A DNA stretch of 47,387 nt from Candidatus Kerfeldbacteria bacterium RIFCSPHIGHO2_12_FULL_48_17 (GTDB taxonomy: Bacteria > Patescibacteriota > Patescibacteriia > HO2-48-17). Location: NCBI GenBank assembly GCA_001818775.1, contig MHKD01000011.1, forward strand, positions 1 to 47,387, written 5' to 3'. Under the pieces are notes generated by a model. It had not been told where the DNA came from. It did no database searches and worked only from the letters and a program-made list of their open reading frames with translations. Shown piece after piece: positions 18,249-27,944 of the stretch. The position numbers were made by a program, and so were the translations under genes. Position 1 is the stretch's first letter; each line of letters starts with the position of its first letter.

Positions 18249-19115
18249 TTATTTTTTGAGCTTGATTTCGGCCACGCGTTCAATACCGGCCAGGTCTTTG
18301 TGAAAAGTAGCATTTGCTTTAACACTCCGGGCAAGTCGTTGCATAAGCGGTGCCTGGCGGTGCCCAATTTCCAGAAAAATCCGCCCACCGGGTGTGAGAT
18401 GGTCGCGGGCTTGGTCGAGAAATTTTTTAAAAAATTGCCGCGGTGTCATATTGTTCGGTGCCAAAGCCAGGCGCGGTTCAAAGTGCAAACCTCGTTTGCC
18501 CGCTTCTTGTCGAGTTAAATAGGGTGGATTGGACACAATCACGTCGTAGCGGCCCAAGCGCGCTGATGCCAACAGATCCGAATGCACAAATTTTACCTGC
18601 GCACCCAAACGACGCGCATTTTTTCGTGCCACCTGCAAAGCTGCCCCGGAAATATCCGTGGCCATAACTTCTGCCGTGGGAAAATGTTTCTTGATACTTA
18701 CCGCCACGCACCCCGAGCCGGTACCAATATCCAAAACGCGCAATGTGCCGCCGCCGAGCCCGCACAACCGCAAAAAATCCAAAACCCGCTCCACGAGAAT
18801 TTCCGTATCGGGCCGGGGTATCAACACTGCTCGACTCACGCTAAAATCCAGACCAAAAAATTTCCGCACGCGCGTAATATAGGCTACGGGTTCACCGCCG
18901 CCACGGCGCCGCAGCAAAGACCGAAAACGTCGTAACTCACCAGCCATCAAAACACGGTCACTATGCGCAAACATATATTCACGTGACCGACCCAATACCA
19001 ACCCAAGTAATACTTCCGCATCTAAATCCGGCGTCGCTCCAACAGTCGCTCCACTACCTGCTCCCGCAGTTTTCAAATCTTTCCGCGCCCAAACCAGCGC
19101 CTGTTGAATATTCAT
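18249..19115 (-). CDS. prmC: Release factor glutamine methyltransferase
   Basis: GEPVAYI, LIPRPDTE, DIGTGSG, SNPPY. Confidence 0.95.
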   Translation of the reverse strand: MNIQQALVWARKDLKTAGAGSGATVGATPDLDAEVLLGLVLGRSREYMFAHSDRVLMAGELRRFRSLLRRRGGGEPVAYITRVRKFFGLDFSVSRAVLIPRPDTEILVERVLDFLRLCGLGGGTLRVLDIGTGSGCVAVSIKKHFPTAEVMATDISGAALQVARKNARRLGAQVKFVHSDLLASARLGRYDVIVSNPPYLTRQEAGKRGLHFEPRLALAPNNMTPRQFFKKFLDQARDHLTPGGRIFLEIGHRQAPLMQRLARSVKANATFHKDLAGIERVAEIKLKK

Positions 19116-19118
19116 ATG

Positions 19119-20270
19119 CTAACGCAAAAAACTCAATGAGCCCTGTGCAATATCCTGAGCAATGGCATCATCGCCACGCTGCGCCAGCTCGGTCAGCCAC
19201 GTCGCGCTGTCAGCAGCATTCATAAACTGTGGTTGGCTCAAATCACTCTGCGCTGGGCGAAGAGAGTAATCCACCCGCTCCGGAAAAATTTCCATTTCCA
19301 CCACCAAACCTTGCTGCACATCTTCAGAAAAATACTGATCAAAAATAAAGTTTCCCAGCGAGTAAAAAATCGGCCGCCCGGCATAGACCTCAACTTCCTG
19401 AACCACGTGGGGATGATGGCCAATCACCGCATCGGCACCGGCATCAATAAACCCATGCGCCGCTGCTTGCTGAAAGCCCGCCGACTGCAACTGGTATTCA
19501 TTGCCCCAGTGCACGCTCACCAACACCACATCATCAACACCATTACGCGCCGCACGCACCGTCGCAAAAGCCACCTCTTCATTAAAAGCACGGCTCGTCA
19601 TATTGAACGCGACCCAAACAATACGCTGATCGCGCACCACCATTTCCCGAACATATTCCGGCCCCGCCTGTACCGGATTCCCAACGGCCAGTAGACCAGC
19701 TTTTTCCAACGCCACCTGGGTTTCCGTAAATCCAGCTGCGCCCCTATCATAGGTATGGTTATTGGCCAGTGAAACGATGTCAAAACCAGCGGCAGGCAGC
19801 GCTCCCGGCGTCGTTTGCGGAAAAGAAAACGACAGCGAATTATCCGGAGTTTGCGCGTGCTGAAGGGGGATAGGGCCTTCCAGATTGCCAAAAGCAATAT
19901 CAGCGCCCCGGATATCAGCAGACGTCAGGGTAAAAGGATAATCCAAACCGCGCTGCTTCATTAGTGTTTCGACGTAGCGACCGAGCATGATATCACCGAC
20001 GGCAATAACGCGCACCGGATTTTTATCAGGTGATTGCTCAGGAATCTCACCGGTGCTATTAATATTTTTTTGCGTCGCTGATGGTTGAGGTTTTGGTTTT
20101 GCCGGCTCAGTCGCAATAACAGCCGAATTCACATTTGTGGACGGCGTATTTGTGAGCGGAGCTTGATCAGCGCCGGGAAACAAAGAATGGAAATACCAAA
20201 AACTGGCACCAAAAACAGCAGTCACCAACAACGCCCCAATAAAAATCGAAATAACTATAGATTGCCGCAT
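19119..20270 (-). CDS. CapA/poly-gamma-glutamate synthesis family metallophosphoesterase, membrane anchored
   Basis: N-terminal TM; VGDIMLGR, GNLEG, ANNH..D, HWG.E, GHHPHV, YSLGNFIFDQ. Confidence 0.9.
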   Translation of the reverse strand: MRQSIVISIFIGALLVTAVFGASFWYFHSLFPGADQAPLTNTPSTNVNSAVIATEPAKPKPQPSATQKNINSTGEIPEQSPDKNPVRVIAVGDIMLGRYVETLMKQRGLDYPFTLTSADIRGADIAFGNLEGPIPLQHAQTPDNSLSFSFPQTTPGALPAAGFDIVSLANNHTYDRGAAGFTETQVALEKAGLLAVGNPVQAGPEYVREMVVRDQRIVWVAFNMTSRAFNEEVAFATVRAARNGVDDVVLVSVHWGNEYQLQSAGFQQAAAHGFIDAGADAVIGHHPHVVQEVEVYAGRPIFYSLGNFIFDQYFSEDVQQGLVVEMEIFPERVDYSLRPAQSDLSQPQFMNAADSATWLTELAQRGDDAIAQDIAQGSLSFLR

Positions 20271-20284
20271 ACGTATGCGCAAAA

Positions 20285-21352
20285 TTATTTTTCAGCAGCT
20301 GCTAAAATACGATCAATTTCCACCTTTTTCAAAACACCAATAACCTGGCCCAAGTCGCCATTCAGAATTGGCGCGATGGTGTTCCAGCTCGAGCGGATTC
20401 GATGGTCGGTAATACGGTCCTGGGGAAAATTATAGGTACGGATTTTTTCCGAGCGATCGCCGGTGCCAATCTGTGAACGACGGGCATCGCCGCGTTTTTT
20501 GGCCTCAGCTTCACGGCGTGCAGCCAACAAACGCGTGCGCAAAACGCGCAGCGCCTTTTCCCGGTTTTTGATCTGGGATTTTTCATCCTGACAGGAAACA
20601 ACAAGGCCGCTGGGTATGTGCGTTATGCGCACGGCTGAATCGGTGGTGTTCACGCTTTGGCCACCATGACCACCGGAACGAAACACATCAATGCGCAGAT
20701 CTTCCGCCTTAATTGCTACGTCAACTTCTTCAGCCTGAGGCAGGACAGCCACCGTCGCTGTTGATGTGTGAACGCGACCGGCTTTTTCAGTTTCCGGAAC
20801 GCGCTGCACGCGGTGTACGCCGCTCTCATACTTCATGTCGCGGTAAACGTTCTGCCCGATAATTTCAAACACCACTTCCTTGAAACCACCGACATCGGTT
20901 TTGTTGCTGTGCGCTATCTGTGCCCGCCAGCCCTTTGATTCGGCATAACGGGCATACATGCGGTACAGCTCAGCCGCAAACAGGCTCGATTCATCACCGC
21001 CGGCCCCCGCCCGAATTTCCACCATAATATTTTTATCATCGAGTGGATCTCTGGGAATAACGGCAACTTTGAGCTGCTCTTCAATGGCAGCGAGGTTGGT
21101 TTTGGCGGCAGCGAGCGTTTCCTGGGCCAGCTTGGCGACTTCAGCGTCGGCATCACTTATCATGCTCTGCGCTTCTTCAATTTCCTGACCAGCGGCTTGG
21201 TACTTCTTCACCAGTTCGTAGGTCGGTTTCAGATCATTGTATTCTTTGGACAAGCGCTGCATATTTCGGGTATCAGACAAGACTTCAGGTTGCTGAAGCT
21301 GAAGTTCAATAGCAGTAAATTTTTTTAGAATATCCTGGTAAGGTTTTTTCAT
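20285..21352 (-). CDS. prfA: Peptide chain release factor 1
   Basis: GGQ motif, PET (PxT) anticodon-mimic motif; likely start 21352. Confidence 0.96.
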   Translation of the reverse strand: MKKPYQDILKKFTAIELQLQQPEVLSDTRNMQRLSKEYNDLKPTYELVKKYQAAGQEIEEAQSMISDADAEVAKLAQETLAAAKTNLAAIEEQLKVAVIPRDPLDDKNIMVEIRAGAGGDESSLFAAELYRMYARYAESKGWRAQIAHSNKTDVGGFKEVVFEIIGQNVYRDMKYESGVHRVQRVPETEKAGRVHTSTATVAVLPQAEEVDVAIKAEDLRIDVFRSGGHGGQSVNTTDSAVRITHIPSGLVVSCQDEKSQIKNREKALRVLRTRLLAARREAEAKKRGDARRSQIGTGDRSEKIRTYNFPQDRITDHRIRSSWNTIAPILNGDLGQVIGVLKKVEIDRILAAAEK

Positions 21353-21396
21353 AGAAATCAGTCCAAAATATAAATCAGGCGCTAAACGCATAAAAC

Positions 21397-21429
21397 AAAA
21401 TCCCGATACATGTATTGTATCAGGATTTG
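21397..21429. terminator. Hairpin between rpmE and prfA
   Basis: AAATCC-CGATACA...TGTATC-AGGATTT imperfect inverted repeat. Confidence 0.5.
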
Positions 21430-21445
21430 GAGTGGAATTCCAAAG

Positions 21446-21763
21446 CTACGCCGACAGGCTGGTGCTTTTCAGAACCTTTTCTGCGAGTGGCGTGTCATCC
21501 TCAACTTTTTTCTTAGCAGGCTTTTTCGCCTTTTTCAGAGCTGACTTGGTGGCTTGCATTTCCTTAACACGTGCCTGTTTGGCCTGGTACTTTTCAACGC
21601 GGCGGGCGGTATCAATAAGCTTCTGTTTGCCGGTATAAAAAGGGTGGCACTTTGAACAAATTTCAACCTGGATAGCCTCAATAGTTGAGCCAACCATAAA
21701 CGTATTTCCGCACGCGCAGGTAACCTGAGTTTGCTGGTAGCCGGGGTGAATATCCTTTTTCAT
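21446..21763 (-). CDS. rpmE: 50S ribosomal protein L31 (zinc type, Lys-rich tail)
   Basis: [24 protein letters not shown]. Confidence 0.96.
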   Translation of the reverse strand: MKKDIHPGYQQTQVTCACGNTFMVGSTIEAIQVEICSKCHPFYTGKQKLIDTARRVEKYQAKQARVKEMQATKSALKKAKKPAKKKVEDDTPLAEKVLKSTSLSA

Positions 21764-22007
21764 ACAAACCTAAAATAGAGAAATCAAGTGAATTTATAGT
21801 ACCATATTCCGCACAAAAGTCAATTCTGCCCCAAAGCTTGCAAAAATATAAAAATATGTTAGAATAAAGTCCATCTTATTATATATTCTCTCAGTAGAGG
21901 TCTTGAACCCTTTGCCTGTGTATTTCTTTGCTAAAGTAAGGAAAAAATGCAGGAAATAATGCCCTACTCAGTCCTGCTCAAGGACAGAGAAATTAAAGAA
22001 AGGAACA

Positions 22008-22751
22008 ATGAAAAAAGTTACTCTCATGGATCTCCTGAAAAATGGAGTCCACTTTGGCCACCAGGCCGCGAAATGGCACCCACGCATGAAGCCATATATC
22101 TTCACGACGCGCAGCGGTGTCCATATTATTAATCTGGAGAAAACACTTGAGCATCTGGAAAGCGTGTCACAATTACTCAAAGAAATGACAGCCGCAGGCA
22201 AAACGATTTTATTCGTTGGCACCAAGCGTCAGGCCAAAGACATTGTCAAAAAATACGCCGAAGATTGCGGTATGCCCTATATCACTGAACGGTGGCTCGG
22301 TGGTTTGTTCACCAACTTCACCACGGTTTCCCGACTGATGCGCAAACTCACCAAATTGAAAGCCCAGAAAGAATCGGGCCAACTGGACAAATACACCAAG
22401 AAAGAACAGGTTGAATTCGCCAAAGAAATCGCCAAGCTGGAAAAATTCGTTGGTGGTATTGAAAACATGAACACACTCCCTGATGTCGTATTCGTTGTCG
22501 GGGTTCGGGAAGAAAAAACCGCCATTCGTGAGGCTTCAAAAAAACATATTCCAATTTTGGCGATTGTTGACACCAACGTCAATCCCGATGACATGAAATG
22601 GATTATTCCGGGGAACGATGATGCGACCAAGTCGCTGGAACTCATAGTAGGCACGCTCGCCGAAGCGATTAAAGAGGGTCGCGCCAATAGGAAAGTAAAA
22701 GTGGAGACCAAACCCGAAACCATCGCCAAAGCAGTCCAGGCCAACGCCTAA
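22008..22751 (+). CDS. rpsB: 30S ribosomal protein S2
   Basis: GVHFGHQ..WHPRMKPYIF, RWLGG, PGNDDA. Confidence 0.97.
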   Translation: MKKVTLMDLLKNGVHFGHQAAKWHPRMKPYIFTTRSGVHIINLEKTLEHLESVSQLLKEMTAAGKTILFVGTKRQAKDIVKKYAEDCGMPYITERWLGGLFTNFTTVSRLMRKLTKLKAQKESGQLDKYTKKEQVEFAKEIAKLEKFVGGIENMNTLPDVVFVVGVREEKTAIREASKKHIPILAIVDTNVNPDDMKWIIPGNDDATKSLELIVGTLAEAIKEGRANRKVKVETKPETIAKAVQANA

Positions 22752-22801
22752 AAGGCCACCGCCTAAACACGAAGTAACAAGTCAGTCTAACGAAAAACTC
22801 T

Positions 22802-23419
22802 ATGTCGGAAATTACCGCCGCCCTCGTACAAAAACTCAGAAACATGACCGGTGCCGGGATTATGGATGCGAAAAAAATCCTGACCAAGACCAAGGGCGAT
22901 ATTGCCAAAGCCGTCGAAGAACTGCGCAAGAGTGGACAGGCAAAGGCGCTCAAAAAGCAGGACCGCGCCGTAAGTGAAGGTCTGATTGATGCCTATATTC
23001 ATGGTACCGGGAAAGTCGGAGCCATGGTACAGGTGAAATGCGAAACCGACTTCGTCGCCAGAAACGAAGAATTTAAGGCACTGGCTCATGACATCGCGCT
23101 GCAGGTGACGGCTATGAACCCACAGTATGTATCGCCAAAAGATATTCCGCAGGAGGTTATTGATAAGGAAAAGGAAATTTATCGGGCGCAGCTGAAGGCC
23201 CAGAAAAAACCGGAAAAAGCGATTGAAAAAATCGTCGAAGGAAAATTGCAAAAATATTTTTCCGAAGTCTGTTTACTCAAGCAAAAGTTTTTCAAAAATG
23301 ATACGGTGACGATCGAAGACCTCATTACTGAGAAAATTGCAAAATTGGGAGAAAACATTCAGCTCGCCGGTTTTACCCGCGTGGAGTTGGATGGGAGCCG
23401 GACATGCAATAGCAAATAA
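22802..23419 (+). CDS. tsf: Elongation factor Ts (short form)
   Basis: LRNMTGAGIMDAKK, CETDFVA; follows rpsB. Confidence 0.96.
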   Translation: MSEITAALVQKLRNMTGAGIMDAKKILTKTKGDIAKAVEELRKSGQAKALKKQDRAVSEGLIDAYIHGTGKVGAMVQVKCETDFVARNEEFKALAHDIALQVTAMNPQYVSPKDIPQEVIDKEKEIYRAQLKAQKKPEKAIEKIVEGKLQKYFSEVCLLKQKFFKNDTVTIEDLITEKIAKLGENIQLAGFTRVELDGSRTCNSK

Positions 23420-23429
23420 CCACATATAT

Positions 23430-24221
23430 ATGCTTATTGACTGGATCATTTTGGGGGTGGCGGCAGCTGCGTTTCTCGCGCTCGTGGTTATTTTCATCAG
23501 AAAATTTCCGCATGCGGCTTCACTTGATCTGAAGTCCATCCCGAAGCATGTGCAAAAAGAGATGAAAACGGCCCTCATCGAAGAAAGGCTTGAGCGGAAG
23601 ATCGCTAACGGATTTAAAAGTATTTTTGCCAAAACTGAAGCCGGCCGCAGGCAATTCGGCGCAATTATGCGCAGCTGGCAGGCCAAGATAAAGAAACTGG
23701 AAGAAAAGTATAAAGAGAGTAACACGCCGAAAACCGCGCAGGCAAAAGAGGAAAGTCGCAAAAAAGTTTCGACACTTTTGGAAGAAGCCACGAAATTTTT
23801 CCAGGCCGAAAATTACGCCGAAGCTGAGAGAAAATACATTGAAGCCGTGAGCCTGGATCATAAAAATGTCGGTGCGTATGATGGACTGAGTCAAGTGTAT
23901 ATCGCGCAAAAAAATTGGAAAAATGCTGAGGAAACACTCGCGTTCGTGATTAAGATGAATCCTGATGATGACCACGCGTATTTGATTCTGGCGAATGTTT
24001 TACAGGAGCTTGATAAAATGCGTGATGCGCTCGACATGGTCAAGAAAGCGGTGCATCTAAATCCGAAAAATCCGAAAAATATTGCCGCGTTGATTGAAAT
24101 AAGCCTGACGTTCGGGGAAAAATTTACCGCCAGGAATGCTGTGCAAAGAATGAAGCAGGTGAATCCGGAAAATCAGAGGATCAAGGAATGGGAAGAAAAA
24201 ATCGCGCAGATGGGGAAGTAG
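23430..24221 (+). CDS. Membrane-anchored TPR protein
   Basis: N-terminal TM, TPR-like helices (AERKYIEAVSLD.., KKAVHLNPKN); start ATG 23430. Confidence 0.85.
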   Translation: MLIDWIILGVAAAAFLALVVIFIRKFPHAASLDLKSIPKHVQKEMKTALIEERLERKIANGFKSIFAKTEAGRRQFGAIMRSWQAKIKKLEEKYKESNTPKTAQAKEESRKKVSTLLEEATKFFQAENYAEAERKYIEAVSLDHKNVGAYDGLSQVYIAQKNWKNAEETLAFVIKMNPDDDHAYLILANVLQELDKMRDALDMVKKAVHLNPKNPKNIAALIEISLTFGEKFTARNAVQRMKQVNPENQRIKEWEEKIAQMGK

Positions 24222-24238
24222 TGTTGGAAAGTAGTTTA

Positions 24239-24356
24239 GAGATTTCGTGGTTTGTGCAGTTCGAGGCCAGTGCGAGGAGCGGAGAGAGCTGTACTGAAAG
24301 GTACAGCGATGAGCACCGGAGCGCTCAACGAAGAAATACGCAAACCACGAAATCTC
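24239..24356. repeat. Palindromic element with 16-bp terminal inverted repeats (MITE/REP-like or structured RNA)
   Basis: GAGATTTCGTGGTTTG ... CAAACCACGAAATCTC; internal GCTGTAC-TGAAAG-GTACAGC hairpin. Confidence 0.75.
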
Positions 24357-24358
24357 CT

Positions 24359-24431
24359 GCCGTTGTAGCTCAGTTGGTAGAGCAGCTCCATGGTAAGGAG
24401 CAGGTCGGCGGTTCAAATCCGCCCAACGGCT
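24359..24431 (+). tRNA. tRNA-Thr(GGT)
   Basis: GCCGTTG/CAACGGC acceptor stem, GCTCC-ATGGTAA-GGAGC anticodon arm, GTTCAAATC T-loop. Confidence 0.95.
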
Positions 24432-24473
24432 CAGAGTTGTATGAGATTGAACTTTAAAAGACAAAGCAGTATG

Positions 24474-24502
24474 TTTACATGTACCTAGGGGTTTGGTATA
24501 AT
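24474..24502 (+). promoter_or_regulatory. Promoter of a probably leaderless LAGLIDADG-like gene
   Basis: TTTACA-N17-TATAAT with extended TG; ATG begins at 24509. Confidence 0.6.
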
Positions 24503-24508
24503 TTTCTC

Positions 24509-25159
24509 ATGGCGACAATTAACGAAAAAGAATATGAAAATATACGAAACCTCTACCAAGAGCGACGATTAAGTATGCAAGAAATAAGTGAAATATATAA
24601 AGTCCCACTTGATGCAATTGTTTATTTCTTCAAAAGACATAAAATTCCAAGGCGTAATCGCACCGAAAGCAACAGAATATTATTCGAAAGAAAAGCCACT
24701 GCCTTCAAAGTAAAGGAAAAGCTGTCTGCACATGAGGAAAAATTGAGAATCGCCGGAGTAATGCTCTATTGGGCTGAAGGATCAAATGCATTGACCGCGG
24801 ACAAGGTTGACTTTGTCAACAGTAATCCTGAAATGATTATGCTTTTTATGCAATTTCTCAGGAAAATCTGCAGAATTGATGAAACCAAGCTTCGTGTGCT
24901 TCTGTATTGCTATGCAAATCAAAATAAAGAATACCTGAAAGATTTTTGGTCTTCTGTAACAAATATACCAATTACAAAATTCACAAAACCTTATGTAAGG
25001 GAGGACTATAAACCAGAGAAAGAAGGACGAATGAAATATGGTCTTATACACATAAGGTATTATGAAAAAAAGCTACTTCTTTTACTCTGGAAATGGCGAA
25101 AGGAAATAGCTAAAGAATTAGGGGTGGATACCAAAGTGGTTAAATGGACTAGACTGTAA
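24509..25159 (+). CDS. HTH + degenerate LAGLIDADG-like protein overlapping tRNA-Tyr
   Basis: N-terminal HTH-like region, GVMLYWAEGS..FVNSNPEMI motif; stop TAA lies in the tRNA-Tyr anticodon loop. Confidence 0.7.
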   Translation: MATINEKEYENIRNLYQERRLSMQEISEIYKVPLDAIVYFFKRHKIPRRNRTESNRILFERKATAFKVKEKLSAHEEKLRIAGVMLYWAEGSNALTADKVDFVNSNPEMIMLFMQFLRKICRIDETKLRVLLYCYANQNKEYLKDFWSSVTNIPITKFTKPYVREDYKPEKEGRMKYGLIHIRYYEKKLLLLLWKWRKEIAKELGVDTKVVKWTRL

Positions 25160-25204
25160 ATCTAGTGGCCAACGCCTTCGTAGGTTCGAATCCTACTCCA
25201 CCCA
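25122..25204 (+). tRNA. tRNA-Tyr(GTA)
   Basis: GGGTGGA/TCCACCC acceptor, CTAGA-CTGTAAA-TCTAG anticodon arm, long variable arm, GTTCGAATC. Confidence 0.95.
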
Positions 25205-25237
25205 CAGAAAATTAACTTCACGCCTTACATAACAACT

Positions 25238-26002
25238 ATGGAAATATTTTTCAGCATTTTGCCGTTTGTGCTCGCGCTTTTGATTCTTGGTCTGCGCGTT
25301 ATTAACCAGTACGAACAGGGGGTTGTGCTCACGCTTGGTCGCTACACCGGCACCCGAAAACCCGGCCTCACCTGGGTTTTTATTGGCATTCAGCGCATGA
25401 ACAAAGTTGATATGCGCATTACCACGATTGATATTCCCAAGCAGGAAGTGATAACGAAAGACAATGTTCCGGTCATGATCAACGCCGTCGTCTATTTTCA
25501 GGTGAAGTCGGCCGAGAATGCGACGCTGAATATTAAGGATTATACGTTGGCCGTTTCACAATACTCACAGGCCGCGCTGCGTGATGTGATCGGTGGTGTG
25601 GAACTCGATGCCATTTTGTCTGAGCGGGAAAAAATCGCTGAAGAAATTCAGAACATCGTGAAAAAGGCGACCGACCCCTGGGGCATTTATGTCACGGATA
25701 TTAAAATTCAGGACATTGAACTGCCGGCCGATATGAAACGCATCATGGCCAAACAGGCTGAGTCTGAGCGCGAACGCCGGGCCGTGATTATTCGCGCCGA
25801 AGGTGAATACGCGGCTGCCGAGCAACTTTCGCGAGCGGCCGAAAAGCTCAGCCAGATTCCGGGAGGTATTTCCATGCGTACCCTGCAAACCATAGAAAAA
25901 CTCAGTGGCGATCCATCAAAAGCCACCATTTTCGCCCTACCTATTGAGTTTTATGAAGGCATAAAGACCCTAACGGAGTATTTCAAGGCCAAGGGGAAAT
26001 AG
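25238..26002 (+). CDS. SPFH/band 7 (stomatin-like) protein
   Basis: QYEQGVVLTLG, QEVITKDNV, QAESERERRAVII.AEGE. Confidence 0.93.
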   Translation: MEIFFSILPFVLALLILGLRVINQYEQGVVLTLGRYTGTRKPGLTWVFIGIQRMNKVDMRITTIDIPKQEVITKDNVPVMINAVVYFQVKSAENATLNIKDYTLAVSQYSQAALRDVIGGVELDAILSEREKIAEEIQNIVKKATDPWGIYVTDIKIQDIELPADMKRIMAKQAESERERRAVIIRAEGEYAAAEQLSRAAEKLSQIPGGISMRTLQTIEKLSGDPSKATIFALPIEFYEGIKTLTEYFKAKGK

Positions 26003-26093
26003 GTAATCTCGGCCGTAAGGCTTGAAAAAATCCGTTATTTATGCTAGAGTAAAAAAGTTCAAAACGGAAACAGGGGAGTTACGTTTGGCCCGC

Positions 26094-26165
26094 GCCGGAA
26101 TAGCTCAATGGTAGAGCAACTGTTTTGTAAACAGTAGGTCGTCGGTTCAAATCCGACTTCCGGCT
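26094..26165 (+). tRNA. tRNA-Thr(TGT)
   Basis: GCCGGAA/TTCCGGC acceptor, ACTGT-TTTGTAA-ACAGT anticodon arm. Confidence 0.95.
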
Positions 26166-26227
26166 CACACGCCGCCCAAGCGGGTTGTGCGCTAATAGTG
26201 GATAGTAAATTATTTTTTTATAACGTT

Positions 26228-26389
26228 ATGTCACAAGACAATCGCATTGACCTGGAATGCACCGAATGCAAACACAAAACCCACACCAGCAAAAAGAATA
26301 AGAAAAAACTTCGCAACGCCGGTCGTTTGGAATTGATGAAGCATTGCAAATTCTGCAAAAAGCATACACTGCATAAGGAGACGAAGTAA
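26228..26389 (+). CDS. rpmG: 50S ribosomal protein L33
   Basis: [35 protein letters not shown]; start ATG 26228. Confidence 0.95.
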   Translation: MSQDNRIDLECTECKHKTHTSKKNKKKLRNAGRLELMKHCKFCKKHTLHKETK

Positions 26390-26484
26390 TAAGGAGATTT
26401 CGGGTTTCGTAAAGTATTTACCGCGGCACCTTGATATGATAACCTAGATATACAGTTATGTGACTATTGTTTTATATCCAATTC

Positions 26485-27156
26485 ATGGTCAGGAAACCAC
26501 AAGAGTACAAAAAAGTCCGAAACCTCAGAAAGACGGGAAAATCTTTAGCCGAAATTAGTAGGAAACTGAGAATATCAAAATCAACGGCTTCTTTATGGTG
26601 CAGTAACGTGGTATTGTCGAAAAGGGCAAAGGATATTCTTAAATGGAAAGGGGAAAAGGGAAGAGCCAGGGGATCAAAGACTTTAAGAAACAAACGTAAA
26701 GCGGTGGAAAGAGAGATTCAGAAGAAGGCCTACCACGTTGTGAAAGGAATGAAATTTAACAAAAGCATATATGAAGCACTTTGTACGCTACTGTATATAG
26801 CTGAAGGAGTAACAGAAGTGAGTTATGGTCCCGGCTTTACAAATTCTGATCCGGGGTTGGTGCGGTTATATCTTTATTATTTAAGAAATTCATTCAACCT
26901 TGATGAGGGAAAATTCAGAGTTTGTGTTCATCTCCATAGCTATCACAATAAAAATAAGCAACTTACCTATTGGTCAAAAGTAACAAAAATTCCCCTCAGC
27001 CAATTTTTAAAACCGTATGAAAAAAAGAACGGTGGCAAGAGAATAAGAGAGAACTATCAGGGCTGTGTATCAATACGATATTACGATTCAAAGATTTCAA
27101 AAGAGCTGAGATACATATACTTGGCTTTATTAAAAAGGCATGGGCGCGTAGCTTAA
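26485..27156 (+). CDS. HTH + degenerate LAGLIDADG-like protein overlapping tRNA-Trp
   Basis: GKSLAEISRKLRISKSTASLWC HTH; LYIAEG..FTNSDP motif; stop lies inside the tRNA-Trp D-arm. Confidence 0.72.
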   Translation: MVRKPQEYKKVRNLRKTGKSLAEISRKLRISKSTASLWCSNVVLSKRAKDILKWKGEKGRARGSKTLRNKRKAVEREIQKKAYHVVKGMKFNKSIYEALCTLLYIAEGVTEVSYGPGFTNSDPGLVRLYLYYLRNSFNLDEGKFRVCVHLHSYHNKNKQLTYWSKVTKIPLSQFLKPYEKKNGGKRIRENYQGCVSIRYYDSKISKELRYIYLALLKRHGRVA

Positions 27157-27215
27157 TTGGCTAAAGCATCGGTCTCCAAAACCGAGGACTGTAGGTTCAA
27201 GTCCTACCGCGCCTG
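27142..27215 (+). tRNA. tRNA-Trp(CCA)
   Basis: GGGCGCG/CGCGCCT acceptor, TCGGT-CTCCAAA-ACCGA anticodon arm, GTTCAAGTC. Confidence 0.93.
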
Positions 27216-27255
27216 CTAAAAGGGCGCATAACCCAGACTAAAGCAAAATAAATTT

Positions 27256-27942
27256 ATGGATATTCTCTTATCCCTGCTTGATTTTTTCCTGCACCTCGAC
27301 GTTCATCTGAGCGCCTTAATTGCCTCATACGGAGTCTGGGTATACGGTATCCTTTTTTTGATTATTTTTGCGGAAACGGGTTTTGTGATTATGCCCTTTC
27401 TGCCGGGGGATTCACTGCTGTTTGCCGCCGGAGCTTTTGCCGCGACCGGATCATTTCATGTCATGTGGCTTTTTGTTTTGCTCACGGTGGCCGCCATCAT
27501 CGGCGACAGTGTAAATTATTGGATTGGACACAAACTTGGTCCACGGGTATTCAAAGAAAATGTACGCTTTCTCAAAAAAGAATACCTCACCCGCACGGAA
27601 GCGTTCTACGAAAAGCACGGGGGTAAAACCATCATCATCGCCCGTTTCATGCCGATTATCCGTACCTTTGCTCCATTTATCGCCGGTATCGGTAAAATGC
27701 GCTACGGCAGTTTCATTGCCTATAATATTTTCGGCGGAGTCCTGTGGATCGGCCTCTTCGTTTTTGGTGGTTACTTTTTCGGCAATATCTCCGTCATTAA
27801 AGAAAATTTTGAATACGTTATCATCGGAATAATCATTCTTTCTCTTGCGCCCGGTGTCGTGCATTATATAAAAAGCAAAATGGCTGCCAAAGCAGGAGCT
27901 CAGCCGGTAGCGCAAGAAGACAACAAAGAAAAAATTTCATAA
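27256..27942 (+). CDS. dedA: DedA family membrane protein
   Basis: FAETG..PFLPGDSLLFAAG, ARFMPIIRTFAPF. Confidence 0.93.
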   Translation: MDILLSLLDFFLHLDVHLSALIASYGVWVYGILFLIIFAETGFVIMPFLPGDSLLFAAGAFAATGSFHVMWLFVLLTVAAIIGDSVNYWIGHKLGPRVFKENVRFLKKEYLTRTEAFYEKHGGKTIIIARFMPIIRTFAPFIAGIGKMRYGSFIAYNIFGGVLWIGLFVFGGYFFGNISVIKENFEYVIIGIIILSLAPGVVHYIKSKMAAKAGAQPVAQEDNKEKIS

Positions 27943-27944
27943 AA

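Noticed and set aside
18239-18388. N-terminal extension of MetRS in the ORF track
   Set aside because: Overlaps the prmC 3' end; the MetRS-like sequence starts at ATG 18238
19119-20270. CapA-like gene between prfA and prmC as a capsule locus
   Set aside because: No capB/capC; stand-alone CapA-family genes are common
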